Of a DNA stretch of 64,000 nucleotides, positions 49,658 through 61,808 are shown piece after piece (within the stretch, counting starts at the first letter, position 1; every line of letters starts with the position of its first letter). The translations under genes were made by a program, and so were the position numbers. Source of the DNA: Podarcis bocagei (taxonomy: Eukaryota); the NCBI GenBank assembly GCA_964188305.1, contig OZ076900.1. One strand, given 5' to 3'. Below the pieces are notes generated by a model that saw only the letters and a program-made list of their open reading frames with translations, did not search any database and was not told where the DNA came from.

Positions 49658-51627
49658 GTAAGCAAGATTATAGCCAAATACTGTTTTCTTAGTATGGTGC
49701 ATTAAAAGATTCATTGTTGCAAAATGTTGCTACATTGGGATTGTGAACCATGAAACAGGAACAGCTTCCACCAAAGAGAGAACTAAAAATAACCCAGGCT
49801 GTAGGAGTCTGTAGCTCTAGTGCTTTTGTTTTGGTCCTGGTACTTTTTTAGCAAAGCAGCTTTCATAATTTGATGCAGAAATGGCATCAAGGTATTAAAA
49901 TCCTTCATGATTGTAGAGGTAGAACATGGGAAGCTGTCTTATGCCACATTCTATACCACATTGGTTGTGTTCCTGCTCACTCTGGATATGTAAGTTATAC
50001 CTTGGAAGTCGTACAGAATCCATTCTGGAAGTCCATTTGACTTCCAAAACATTCAAAAACCAAAGCGTAGCTTCCAATGTGTTATTGTGGGGTCCAAAGT
50101 CCCCATGGCCCCTAGGAATTGGCTCCTTTAGTGGTCAGTGGACTAGGGGGACTAGGCTAGTCCCCTAAATGTTCCCCTGGTGCCTCCTTCCCAAAGTCTG
50201 GGAAACTTCTTCCCAGCTTAAGGAGGCACAAGGCTCCGACGGGTCCAGGATCCCTTTTGTTACCTTCCCAAAACCTGGGAATCTTCTGCTTGGCTTAGGG
50301 AGGGAGGCGCAGTGCTCACATACATGATGTCCTCCCCACAATTACTCTCTCAAGCTGACACCTCTGACCTTACTGTTGCCCTACAGAAAATTTTGCTGCA
50401 TGCCGCTGCTTTGAAATACCCAGCCAGATGGGCAGGGTATAAATAATAAATTGTTTGTTTGTTTGTAGGTCAGAGCGAGAACATAGATTTGCAGACCAGG
50501 TATTACCAAGTGTCTGTATTTAAAATGACAGGCTGCAATCCTAACCCCATTTACCTAGGTGTAAGCATCATGGAATATGATAGGACTTTGGATGACACCG
50601 GTTTTCGCTGTCGGGCTGCAACACTTCAGAATAGATATGTCTAGGATTGCACAGTTAGCTCTGTGAAGTTAAGTTGCCTAAACCTGAATGCTACCATTTA
50701 ACTATCTTTTTGGATCAGGCTGCCCATTGATTTCTACACACTACATTTGATGTAACTTCCTCACTTGGTGAAACAGCTTTTCTATGATGAAATGTGGATT
50801 AGAGCAATGAGTTGTGGGGTTTTTTTTAAAAAAAACACAACAACACCACCAAGGCATAACAACGCAGGCATGATAAACCTTTTCAAACGAAAGCAGAGAA
50901 GGGCACAAGCAATTTCCCTCCTACCATATGCTGATTAGAATGGTATAGTTTTTGGAGCGTAAAATAGAACCTTTCCAAACAGTCAATAGTATTTACAATA
51001 ATATTTTAATGAGTTTTGCTTAACATTCCTGAAAATCCCCAACAATATTGCAACAGTTTTCTGATTTCAGAAATTTTATTTACTGGCATAGTACCTTGAT
51101 AGCTATCGTTTGTCCTCCCTAAATATATGTTTTATTCTATATTTGTTTTAAAATGGCAAAATGAAAACAGTTATGCAAACACCAAACCAGGTATCAAGCC
51201 GAAAAGCTGCATATAGTTTTGGAGGAACTCAATTTACATGAAATAATCATTTATCAAACATCTATTGTAATTGCATCTTATTCTTGTGCTTGCTGTAAAT
51301 TTAATTCCTCAAAGCTTTTTGGCTTGGAGTCTCATTTTCTGCTTGTAGACTAAACAAAACATACTTTACAGATGCAGAGCACTAGGATTCCATGACTCCA
51401 AACCCAAAGGTTTAGGAAGAAATAGCAGAATATTCAACAGGTCTCCAGTGTTTGTGGCTAAGCCTTTTAAAAAACTATGAAGCCAGATGTGAGCACGTAT
51501 GAGAGTTGTTCCTGGTTTTATAAATCATGGTTTGAAAATGTTCCCTGTGTCCTAGGAGAAACTTAAAGGTATACAGATGTTGTTCATCTTATAATATATA
51601 ACTTCAATATTTCTCTCTGTTCACCAG

Positions 51628-51769
51628 TAAAATAGAAGGTATTGAACATCTACAGAATTTACAGAAGCTGAACCTTGCTGGGAATGAGATTGAGCACATC
51701 CCAGCATGGGTAGGGAAGAAACTCAGGTCCTTGCGCATCCTGAATTTGAGAAAAAACAAAATATCATCA
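51628..51769 (+). CDS. CNTRL: Centriolin exon (LRR)
   Basis: KIEGIEHLQNLQKLNLAGNEIEHIPAWVGKKLRSLRILNLRKNKISS; 142 nt. Confidence 0.96.
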
Positions 51770-52464
51770 GTAAGTGATTTCAACTTAGAGCGATGCTTGC
51801 AGAACACTCCTTGTTTTTGGATTTTAGTTGTTGTCTGCTTACTTCTTTCTTTAAGCCTTTTCCTTAAGATAACAGTTATAGACATTTGAAAATCGCTGTC
51901 TCTGTAGAAGATTGATAATAACCATGTGTACCAGTTAGCTATATTTAATTATTATTTCTTTACTTTTAAAGAATGAGCCTTCCACCTTTCATCTGGTGAC
52001 AAATCACAGAAATACATGATTTTAAAGGAAGATAAGATGAAGTAGGGTACATTTCTCATGTGATGAAATGTAAAGAGGACTAGAAAATTAGAGACAATCA
52101 TATAGTTCCAGCAATTTTTCCATAAAGCCAAGAGCAAGTGTCAGTGTAAGGATTTCCCCTCAGAGATTCCCACTGTATGATGATTAGAATTATATGTTGA
52201 CATATGCTAAGGCAGTAGCTTGCAAAACTATTTTCCAGAAGGCCTTTGGAGCTTTTCAGGAGTTCTTCAGTGAGAAGATTAGTAATTCTGGCTGAGTGCC
52301 CCTGATAGGCACATGGCACTCTCTCCAGCAATGCGCAGCTGGAGGAGAGTGGGTGTGTTCTCCATCCAAGTAGAGCAACAATAAGGTTGTATACATCAGT
52401 TCCCTGTATGAGCTTAGTGACTGTCCTAGAATTTATCATAGAGTGCTACGTGGAGCACTGAGAT

Positions 52465-52633
52465 CAGTGGCATAGCGTGGGTTGTCAGCACCCGGGGCAA
52501 GGCAAGTAATTTGCGCCCCCTAACCCATGGATTTGCGTCCCCTAACCCGTGGATTTGCACCCCCTAACCTTAACCCCCAGATGTTGCGCCCGGTGCGGCC
52601 GGCCCCCCCTGCACCCCCCACGCTACGCCACTG
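52465..52633. mobile_element. hAT-type MITE containing CCCTAA units (same family as 22262, opposite orientation)
   Basis: 8-bp TSD ACTGAGAT at 52457-52464 and 52634-52641. Confidence 0.88.
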
Positions 52634-53371
52634 ACTGAGATTCCATGACAGTCACCTTAGAATGCCCCAGCAGACACAATATGCTAAAGGATTCCTGAAG
52701 TTTTTTTTTTAACCTATTGAACTGAGGCCTTTTGTCTTCATTCAGGTCCATGTATCACAGATGTTGGGATCCTTTGACCATCAGCCCCAGCAAGCATGGC
52801 CAGTGGGTAGGGATGATGGGAGTTGCAGTTCAGCAAAATCTGGAGGGTCAAAGGTTCCCCACACCTGATATATTTTCTCCATTTTAACTAGGGCTGAGTC
52901 ATAACTATTCAGTTTTGCTTTAAGTTTTGGATGTGCTTCACTGAATTATTTAAACTTAAGACCTTCACAAAGTTTCTTGCACCATTAGAAACAGCTCTTG
53001 GAGGCATTTTGTACAACACTCTGAACAATACTTGTGTTTAGGACTTGGATGAAAACTCGAGAAACAGTTCTGATGGGGGGGGCATATCTCTTCATGGAAA
53101 GATACGCCTTGTTGGGAACACATGTTTCAGCACTCAAATGAAATCTCCTAACATTTTGACTCAGGAGCTCTGGTGTTTTTTTGCCTTTGTGTAACACTGT
53201 TAATGCCTTGTTATCACTGACACAGTATGATTTCACTGGTCTGGGTTCAGTTTTAACATAAATAATTGACTTAATATTTTATGTTAGATTATGTGTCTAT
53301 AAGCAGAAAATGGAATATGTTTCATGCTTCAAAGGATATCTAATTCTTGTACCTCCCCTCCTTTCTTTCAG

Positions 53372-53558
53372 CTCCATGAGGTAGCTAAACTGAAGTCTCT
53401 TAAAGACTTGACTTCTCTGTTTCTGGCAGACAATCCTGTTGTAAACCTTCCTCATTATCGTCTGTATACCATATTCCATTTGAGGTCACTGGAAGATCTT
53501 GAGGGACAGCCAGTGACAAAGCATGACAGAGAAGAAGCTCTTGAGAGGTTTAATTTAG
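53372..53558 (+). CDS. CNTRL: Centriolin exon (LRR cap)
   Basis: LHEVAKLKSLKDLTSLFLADNPVVNLPHYRLYTIFHLRSLEDLEGQPV...ERFNL; 187 nt. Confidence 0.96.
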
Positions 53559-53792
53559 GTAAATATGATAATCATAGGATTACAAAACAACAGTTCTAGC
53601 TAATACATGTCTACTCAAAAGTCATTCCTGTTGAGATCTTACATGATGAGGGGCTGGAAGAATAAAGGAAAGCTCTCAGCTGAAAGCTGGGAGGGTCCAC
53701 CACTTTCTATGTGAGACAGGAATTAAGAGCTACCTGTGAGAGAGGACTCTGCATGTTCATTTTCTTTAGTTTATTTTTTAAATTGTATTGTA

Positions 53793-53939
53793 TGGTTCGC
53801 CAGAAGCGGCTTAGTCATGCTGGCCACATGACCCGGAAGTGGAACACCAGCTCCCTCGGCCAGTAAAGTGAGATGAGCACCGCAACCCCAGAGTCGTCCA
53901 TGACTGGACCTAACAGTCAGGAGTCCATTTAACTTTACC
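53793..53939 (+). mobile_element. Sauria SINE 3' half
   Basis: TGGTTCGCCAGAAGCGGCTTAGTCATG...ACTTTACCT. Confidence 0.85.
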
Positions 53940-54378
53940 TATTATAAGTACAGTAAAAATGTTTTAAATCTTGCCAAAAATAGGAAAGTGAGAAAACTAT
54001 AATAAACATGAGTAACAACAATTACTTGGGAAGCCATGATTGGATGTGACTCTTTTTATTGTCTTCTTGGCAGCACACATGGGTAGTTTGTAAAGTGACC
54101 TAAGATTCAAAATATATAGGCAGTAGATATAATTTTACTTTGGGAGTATCACATCTACGAAAAGCACAAGGCATGTTCATGCATTCACTTGAGCATGTGA
54201 ATCTGAATCTTTAAATGAAAGGGTGGATCTGAACACAAATCCTGCCTCCAATGTCCCTACCACGTGTGGCCCTGCCTCATAAGTCCCCAATGTTCTCTAT
54301 GTTGAGCAGAGACAGTTGTTATTCCACAGTCATACACCATTCAGAAATAGGTTGGCTCTTCCACTTATTCATATAGGC

Positions 54379-54514
54379 CAGGCTTCCTCAAACTCAGCCC
54401 TCCAGATGTTTTGAGACTACAATTCCCATCATCCCTGATCACTGGTCCTGCTAGCTAGGGATCATGGGAGTTGTAGGCCAAAAACATCTGGAGGGCCGAG
54501 GTTGAGGAAGCCTA
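54379..54514. mobile_element. hAT-type hairpin MITE
   Basis: Long imperfect palindrome CAGGCTTCCTCAA...TTGAGGAAGCCTA; degenerate relatives at ~2550, 6430, 6790, 47310, 48510, 52750. Confidence 0.75.
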
Positions 54515-54896
54515 CAATAGGCGGAACTTATGCAAATAAGCTTTGGAATCTTTGTCCTTGGCAGTTAGAAGGACAACTGCTCTTTTCTGACCTGTCTGCT
54601 GTGTGGTGACAGGGCTTCAGAGGAGTTCCAGCTTCCCTGACTTTTTTAAAACAACAAGTGTGAGGGTGGTAGGTATCTTCTCACCTGAACCTAGATTAGA
54701 TTGGATGGGAAGACCTCTTCTGTCTATTAAACTGTGAGACTTGGTGTTGATTTTATGCCCATCAAGTAATTTGCAGGCTTTAACCACATGCATCTTTGGG
54801 AAAAGCCACTAGTGTCGTTGGTTTCCTTTTCTGTCAGTGATCAGTAAATGTAGCAAAAGGAGTGTATATGATTTGCTGATTTGCCTTATTCTGCAG

Positions 54897-55090
54897 AAGA
54901 GATAGAAAATCTAGAAAAGGACTTGGAGAAAACTGTGAAAGAGTTGGAAGACCTTAAAACCAAACACTCTGACCTGGGTGAACAACTTCAGCAACAAGAT
55001 GACCTTAACAAATCATTAAAACAAAAAAATCTGCAACAGAAACAAAGCTGTCATGACCTGGAGAGTGAACTAGAGACAAAAAATGAGCTG
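54897..55090 (+). CDS. CNTRL: Centriolin exon (coiled coil)
   Basis: EIENLEKDLEK...QKQSCHDLESELETKNEL; 194 nt. Confidence 0.95.
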
Positions 55091-55254
55091 GTAAAGCAAC
55101 CTTGGTTCTTAAAATCCCAGTAGACTGTTGAATATCTCTAGAAATTTCTTATGGCATTGAATGATACTGTTTTATCTGTTTATTCTGTTGAATGACACTA
55201 GGTTAACATTTACAGTGTGGTAGTACAATTGACTCCAGTAGGACTACAGCAGTA

Positions 55255-55465
55255 CAGTTGTACTTCGGGTTACATACGCTTCAGGTTACAGACTCCGCTA
55301 ACCCAGTTTAGAACTTTGCTTCAGGATGAGAACAGAAATTGTGCTCCGGCGGCGCAGCAGCAGCAGGAGGCCCCATTAGCTAAAGTGGTGTTTCAGGTTA
55401 AGAACAGTTTCAGGTTAAGTACAGACCTACGGAACAAATTAAGTACCTAACCCGAGGTACCACTG
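55255..55465. mobile_element. Tc1/mariner MITE family A
   Basis: Same body with an internal deletion; TA TSD. Confidence 0.85.
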
Positions 55466-57487
55466 TATATCAAGTCGTGGGAATAATCTCATTATTTGGC
55501 TTTCTATTTGGTTTATTTGACAATAGCCATCATTATATTATCATATTTGTATGTGTTATGTTTAAAATTATTAGAAAGCTAAATGTTTTCTAGCCTTAGT
55601 ACACATTTTTTGTCTTCAGATAGATGGATTAAATGTTTTCTGGTTAGGCATTAAGCCATGTGTTCTGTTGTTGCATAAATCCCATTGTATCTATGGTTTA
55701 TTTCTAACATTCAATGTGCTTCTGAACAGAGCCCCAACTTTTATTTCTGGATGTAAAATCCACAGGTGGTTTGGTGGATTTTGTATGCAGAAATGAAAAA
55801 TTAGGATTGTATTTAAAAACCTTAATGGCTAATTAAGCTTTGAGTTTCTTTATTAAATCATTATTTGTCATGTCTGCAATAATTACTGGGAGTTAGGTCT
55901 TCCCTTTTAATTAAGATTCTTCAGAGCTGGGCTTACTGAAAACTGGCTTTGTAAGCTGCGTGTCTTTATGACCACACTGTCATTATCCCACTGAAATGAA
56001 TGGGAGCTAGATTTTTTCAATGGATTGTATTCAGTAGATAACACACACATCCAATTGAATAAACAGAACAAACAGTTTAATCTTATTAGTATCTTGATCT
56101 GGTAACATATATTTTTCAGCACTGTCTTCTCTTGTCCTTCTGGTGACTGATTTAGTTTGCTCCTCTTTTCATTTAGCCTATATCTTGGTTTGTTTGATCC
56201 ATTTCCTTTATTGCTGACTGAGCCTTTATTCTTCACTAAAGGTAGCCTCTGTGTGTATAAGCTTGACTACGCTTTTTTTTGGCTGCAACCCATAGTGCTT
56301 CTTTGCATGGTCCTGTTTCGAATTATTCAATAATGTGAAAGCTGTACTTGTTTTATCATTTGTTCACCAAAAACACTTCCCTGTGTCAAATATTTTTCTA
56401 AATTAGAAGTTGTGCATGGTGTTGGATACTTTGATTTAGAAATCTAATTCTTTTCCTTCTTCCAATCTTTCCTGTTTCTACCCTTTTCTTTCCCCGTCCC
56501 TTCAGTTCTTCCTACTGCTACCTATTGGAACCTTGCTGCATGCTCTCCTACAGGTATCTAACAATAAAACAGTCAAAAGAGAGAGAGCACCCACTTCTCT
56601 TCCAGATAAACGAAAATAATAGGATAGTTTCAAATTGGGACTGCTTATGTTTCCATCAGTCTGTTTGGTTCTTCAAATATATTTGTGAATATAGGTAAAG
56701 GTACATACAGATTTAGGTGGATCCAATGCATTTATTATTCTTAAGCTTTGTTTGTTTTCCATAGTTCATGGTTAGGCACAAATCAATATATGAAACCAAG
56801 GTTTGCGTGAGCTGTGGTTAAGTGTTATAGTTGCACTTGATCAAGTCAGAGTTAAGGCAGTTTCTGCATCACTCATAGTAAGAAGGTCTCCCAGGTGGCT
56901 CTGGAGTATGCATGAACTCTGGGGCAGGATGAGCTGCATTTGACTGTTAACCAGGCTTAGGCTACAAACCATGGTTTGTGCTTACCATCATCAAGTATTA
57001 TATCTGCAGAAGGCTGTAGTCCCAATACAACTTACATGCAAAAATTAACTGGAAAAATATGACCAAGACAGCATTTTTATTTTTGTTGTGTTCTGCTAGC
57101 TTCTAAAAGTAAGAGAGGGGGGGGGGAATGCTAACAGAGTAAGTACCTCATTCTATTCAGTTCAGAAAAATTGAAATAATGAGGCTAGAGCACTTGGTGC
57201 CCTATTTTTATTTTAGTATCAGATTTATCAATATTTGAATACTATAGTAAAGTGAATGACTGGTTAATTCTTTTTTATTTTGAGTGTACATGTATTTTCA
57301 GCATTGTGCATGACATACCATTTGCAGATACCTTAACGTGATTTGCATTAGATAGTAAATTGTTGTGATGCAGCAAATCTTGCATACAACTATTGCCAGC
57401 CGCTCCATAGCAGACAAGCCACTCGATAGCTGACAATTTGAAAAGACTCGAAGTGCATGCTGGGACTGGCTTGCTTTGTCATGGCCG

Positions 57488-57526
<39 letters not shown>

Positions 57527-57741
57527 GTTTAACTATCTGTATAAATGCAACATCTAAAGCAAATGCATTTTGTTATGCAAGTCTGACTAGTGTACCCTGT
57601 ATTTTTACTATATAAAGATGTTTGTGTTGTGTCATTCATGCATGGATCATATAGCGACCCATGACACTGGCATTCCATTTAAATATATATGTTTATAAGA
57701 CACAATTTGTTAACCTTTTGTTTGTTTTTTTTGTTTGTTAG

Positions 57742-57861
57742 CTAAAGCAGAAGACAGTGGAATTAACCCGAGCCTGTCAGAAACAATATGAGCTGGAGCA
57801 AGAACTGGCTTTTTATAAGATTGATGCCAAGTTTGAACCGTTAGGTTATTATCCAATAGAG
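57742..57861 (+). CDS. CNTRL: Centriolin exon
   Basis: LKQKTVELTRACQKQYELEQELAFYKIDAKFEPLGYYPIE; 120 nt; nearly identical to mammalian CNTRL. Confidence 0.97.
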
Positions 57862-58080
57862 GTAATTATTTGAAAATAGTATTTTCAGTTTTAGAGAGCC
57901 TACTTGATCCCAAACTTGTGCTGCACATCTGAATCAAAGTACAAAATCAGAACTGACACTCTGTTCCCCTCCTCAACTCCAAACTGATGGTGAGGATGGT
58001 AGAAGAGCATATCTCCAGTTGCACTAAACTGCCATGGCACTCCAGTCTGGCTGAATTTGTACTATTATGTCCTATTTCAG

Positions 58081-58303
58081 GATGTTGAACTTGATGATGT
58101 ACCGGGTGAAAGCCCTTACATTGGGAAATCTAGATACAAAAGGAACATGTACGCTGTAGAAGGCTATATCCCTAGCAAGGCTCAGAAGATGCAGATGGGA
58201 AATCTGAAAGAAGCAGAAGAACAAAAGATTCAGAAGCTGAAACTGAATATTCTTCAGTCACTAGATGCACAACTAGAAGAAAAAGAGAGAAAGGTTAAAG
58301 GAG
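58081..58303 (+). CDS. CNTRL: Centriolin exon
   Basis: DVELDDVPGESPYIGKSRYKRNMYA...LDAQLEEKERKVKG; 223 nt. Confidence 0.95.
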
Positions 58304-59436
58304 GTACTTCCAACCTCACCTCCCCTTGCAAAGTTAAATGTAGAAAACCTTTCACTCTGTGTGTATTGTCTTCCATCTGATGCTCTTGATTTCTGCTGAA
58401 TGTTAAAGCTGACAGTTAAATTACTGACTCAACAGCATCTGAGTATCAGTCTAGTGAGGCGAGGGCTGTGGTGACATTTGAATACAAGACTTCCCAGTTT
58501 ACACTCCTAGCCATTACAGTAGGTTTCAGTAGGCCAAAGGAATGGGTTTTACCAAAGCAGCTTCAGATCTCCTTCAAAGTGGAGCAGTTCAGCAGTTTTA
58601 GGCCCTGAACCTAATGGTCTAAAGAGGGGTGGCCATATGTGTTACATCAGTGTTATGTTAAAGCAAAATCCAAACAAGTTTGCCAACTCTGATGAAAAGG
58701 AAATGCTCTGTGCATGTTCCACAGTTTAAAGCCAAATCATGACCATCATGACTACAGAAATAAAATGTGGCTTGCTTCTGCCACCCCAATTGTAAAGAAT
58801 CATTTAGTTATGGAAAAGGATAACATGTTTATCTAGTAACAATAAATAACCATGTGCAACCATGTACAAGTTTAGTCGGTTATCTCTTGATTATAAAACA
58901 TTTTACAATATAATAAGAAAACATGCTGTAGCAACCAGAAGCAGGCCAGCTACAGTACTGGATCTGTTTGTCACTGTCCTCCTCATCTGCTGTTCTCTGG
59001 GTGGTTATTTGGGGCCCCAGATTTAGTCTCAAGACCCAGCTCTAGTCTGCACTATTATTCAGTCACTTGAATGCAACTCCATTCAAACTGGCTCACAATT
59101 GACCTTTTTCCTAACACCTTCCTAATTTTTGACCTGCTAGATCTCATTCAGTAAATCTATGTAAGCATATACATAAAAGACTACATATAATGCAATCCAA
59201 GCCTGCTCAGAAGCAAGCTCCATTGCCTTCAATTGAATTTATTTCCAAATCAGTGTATATAGCACTATAGCCTAAAAGACTTGCAGCATCGACAAACTTT
59301 CCTGTGCACTTCCCTGGATTGTGACCGCTGCTCTCTACCCTTCTGGAGACATTCACCATAACTGCAACATATGTCCATGTTGGCACTGGATAGCTGCAAT
59401 TGGCATGTCTTTATCATTTGTTTCTCATTTTCCCAG

Positions 59437-59546
59437 CCCAAGAAAAATTAACAGAATTGCTAGGTGAAGTAGCCAATGCAGAGCACTGTGTTTTAAAAGC
59501 AACAGAGGAGCTTAAACTAGTCCAAGATGTTGTGGCTCAGAAAAAG
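59437..59546 (+). CDS. CNTRL: Centriolin exon
   Basis: AQEKLTELLGEVANAEHCVLKATEELKLVQDVVAQKK; 110 nt. Confidence 0.93.
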
Positions 59547-60183
59547 GTATGTATATAAGCCTCTACTCCCCTGCTAGGTTCTCCCCTGGAGCATTCTGTA
59601 CATATTTATAGTCACAAGGTGAAAACATTTCTCTGTAACTATGGCCTTTTAAATGTGTTTGTGGGAGGGGGGTATTGATTCATTTTTGTTTCATTCTGTA
59701 TGTTGTGTTCTCAGTTTGTATTTTTATGTTGTATATGCATTAATGCAGTATACAAATTTAATAAACAACAATGTGGCAATAAACTGAAACAACTGAAAAG
59801 ACCTGTTTATTTTTTTGTGCATAATTGCCAAATTTCAAGCATTCCAATCTAATGCTTTGGGGCTGCACAGTAAAGCTGCATACCTTATTCCAACACTTGG
59901 CCATATGTAGCACTAAGGAAAAAGGCAGGTTTTCATAGATGATAACTTTTCCCTGTGAAATGCAGTGATAGACTGATAGCCCTGTGGATGTTTACTTGAG
60001 ATGCACTGGCTGCATTGGGACTAACTTCTACGTAAGCATTTATAGAATCGGGCCCACACTGCAGAATTCAAGTTCACAAGGAAAATCACTGAATCATATT
60101 TTTAAACCATACAGCTTGTGTAGTCTCTGAATCCTTTGTATCTCAATCTTAGTTAGGTGTGTTTTCTGTTTGTTCAAATCTAG

Positions 60184-60378
60184 ATGTCAGACGTGGAAAA
60201 GGATTGTCTTAGGCAAGAGCTAAGCAACAAGATACTTCTCCTAAATCAACTACGAGAAGAAGCTCTAGAACTAGAGAAACAGATGGAAAGGCAGCAGGAA
60301 GACATGGCCAAAAAAGAGAAGGAGTTAGGAGAACTGCAGCGTTTTATAGATTCTCTAGATCCTGAAGACCCAAGACAT
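60184..60378 (+). CDS. CNTRL: Centriolin exon (gene continues beyond window end)
   Basis: MSDVEKDCLRQELSNK...IDSLDPEDPRH; 195 nt; donor gtaagt. Confidence 0.95.
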
Positions 60379-61554
60379 GTAAGTTTTACACACACATATA
60401 TACATGAATTCAATATATATAGTATTAATAGGAAATGCCAATTAAATTATTGAATACATATCCAGTTAGCAGAAATAAAATTAGAATCTAGTTTTGTTTG
60501 ACACTGTAAATGACACTGTGCCCACAGGATTGTAGGAAAAGAGTTCTGCTAAATTTCAGTGGAGTATCTTTGCCCATTAAAATATATTTTTTCTAAAGAA
60601 TTGTTTCAAAAATATTTTAATAAACGTATACAGTGTTTGACATTTAACTAGCACATTGCTGAAACATCATCAGAAAAGTTCATAGGTTCAGATGCAGTTC
60701 CCTAGGTTCTTTCCTTCATATAATGAAACAAGCTTCATTTATGAAAAGAAAATATATGCATTCATGGGGTGGTGAATATGTATTAGTACTGCATCTTAGG
60801 GTGATATTATTATTAATTTGATCATTTTATGTTTTTATTTATTTGATATGGTACAGAAGATACATTTTGAGAAAACCATTGCTACCACAGTAAACAATAA
60901 GCAACATGTCCCAATAAAATTACTGACTTTGGTCGCGCTATGTAATAAAGTTGAATTAGATTAAGAGATTATGCCATATTTTCCCATGCGTATTGGGTGG
61001 ATTCCTGCCATAGTCTGAACAATTTATGTATTAAATAAACATTTGCCCTATGTTATAAAAGGAATAGGAATTGTGTTTGCCCTTTGCTGCTCTGTCCTAA
61101 CATGATAATTTCTTAGCCAATATTATTGTCCATATTCTGGTGTACCAAGAATCAATGTTAAGCCCAGTGCCAGTTTTCCAACAGCCAGGGCAATTATTAA
61201 TTTGATATTGGAACTCTGGAGTCCTGGTCACAACATTTTCAAGTAATAAATGGATTGGAAGCAAGCTACTTCAAGGTCTGCTTCTTTCTCTATCTGGTAT
61301 GGAGAGCCTCTGGCCCACTGGGCCTTTTTCATCCACACCCAAACATTCTTCCTGAGACATGCTTGCTTCTTCCATACTATTCTGCAGAAATCTAGCCATG
61401 CAGGAATACACCTCTTCCTACATGGTCAGTTTGTTTTATTTTGGGTGTGTGACAGGAGTTTCCCTTTCTCTGTGCACAGCAAGCGAATGCAGAAAGAGAT
61501 TTCCTGCCTAGTCAGCTTGCTATGTTTCATCTCTAGGCATTGAGAAAGGAGATA

Positions 61555-61808
61555 CAGTCATACCTTGAGTTAAATATGCTTCAGGTTGAGCATTTCCAGG
61601 TTACACTCTGCAGCGACCCAGAAGTAACGGAACACATTACTTCTTGTTTTCGCCGCTCGCGCATCCGCAGACGCTCAAAATGACATCACACACATGCACA
61701 GAAGCGGTGAATTGCGACCCGTGCAGACGCACAGTCATGGGTTGCATTCTACTCAGGATGTGAACAGGGCTCCAGAATGGATCCCGTTCGCATCCAGAGG
61801 TACCACTG
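61555..61808. mobile_element. Tc1/mariner MITE
   Basis: TA-CAGTCATACCTT...GAGGTACCACTG-TA. Confidence 0.78.

Noticed and set aside
53643-53760. ATGATGA box-C-like motif suggesting an intronic C/D snoRNA
   Set aside because: No convincing terminal stem or terminal box D, and the paralogous copy at 46.7 kb lacks the motif.
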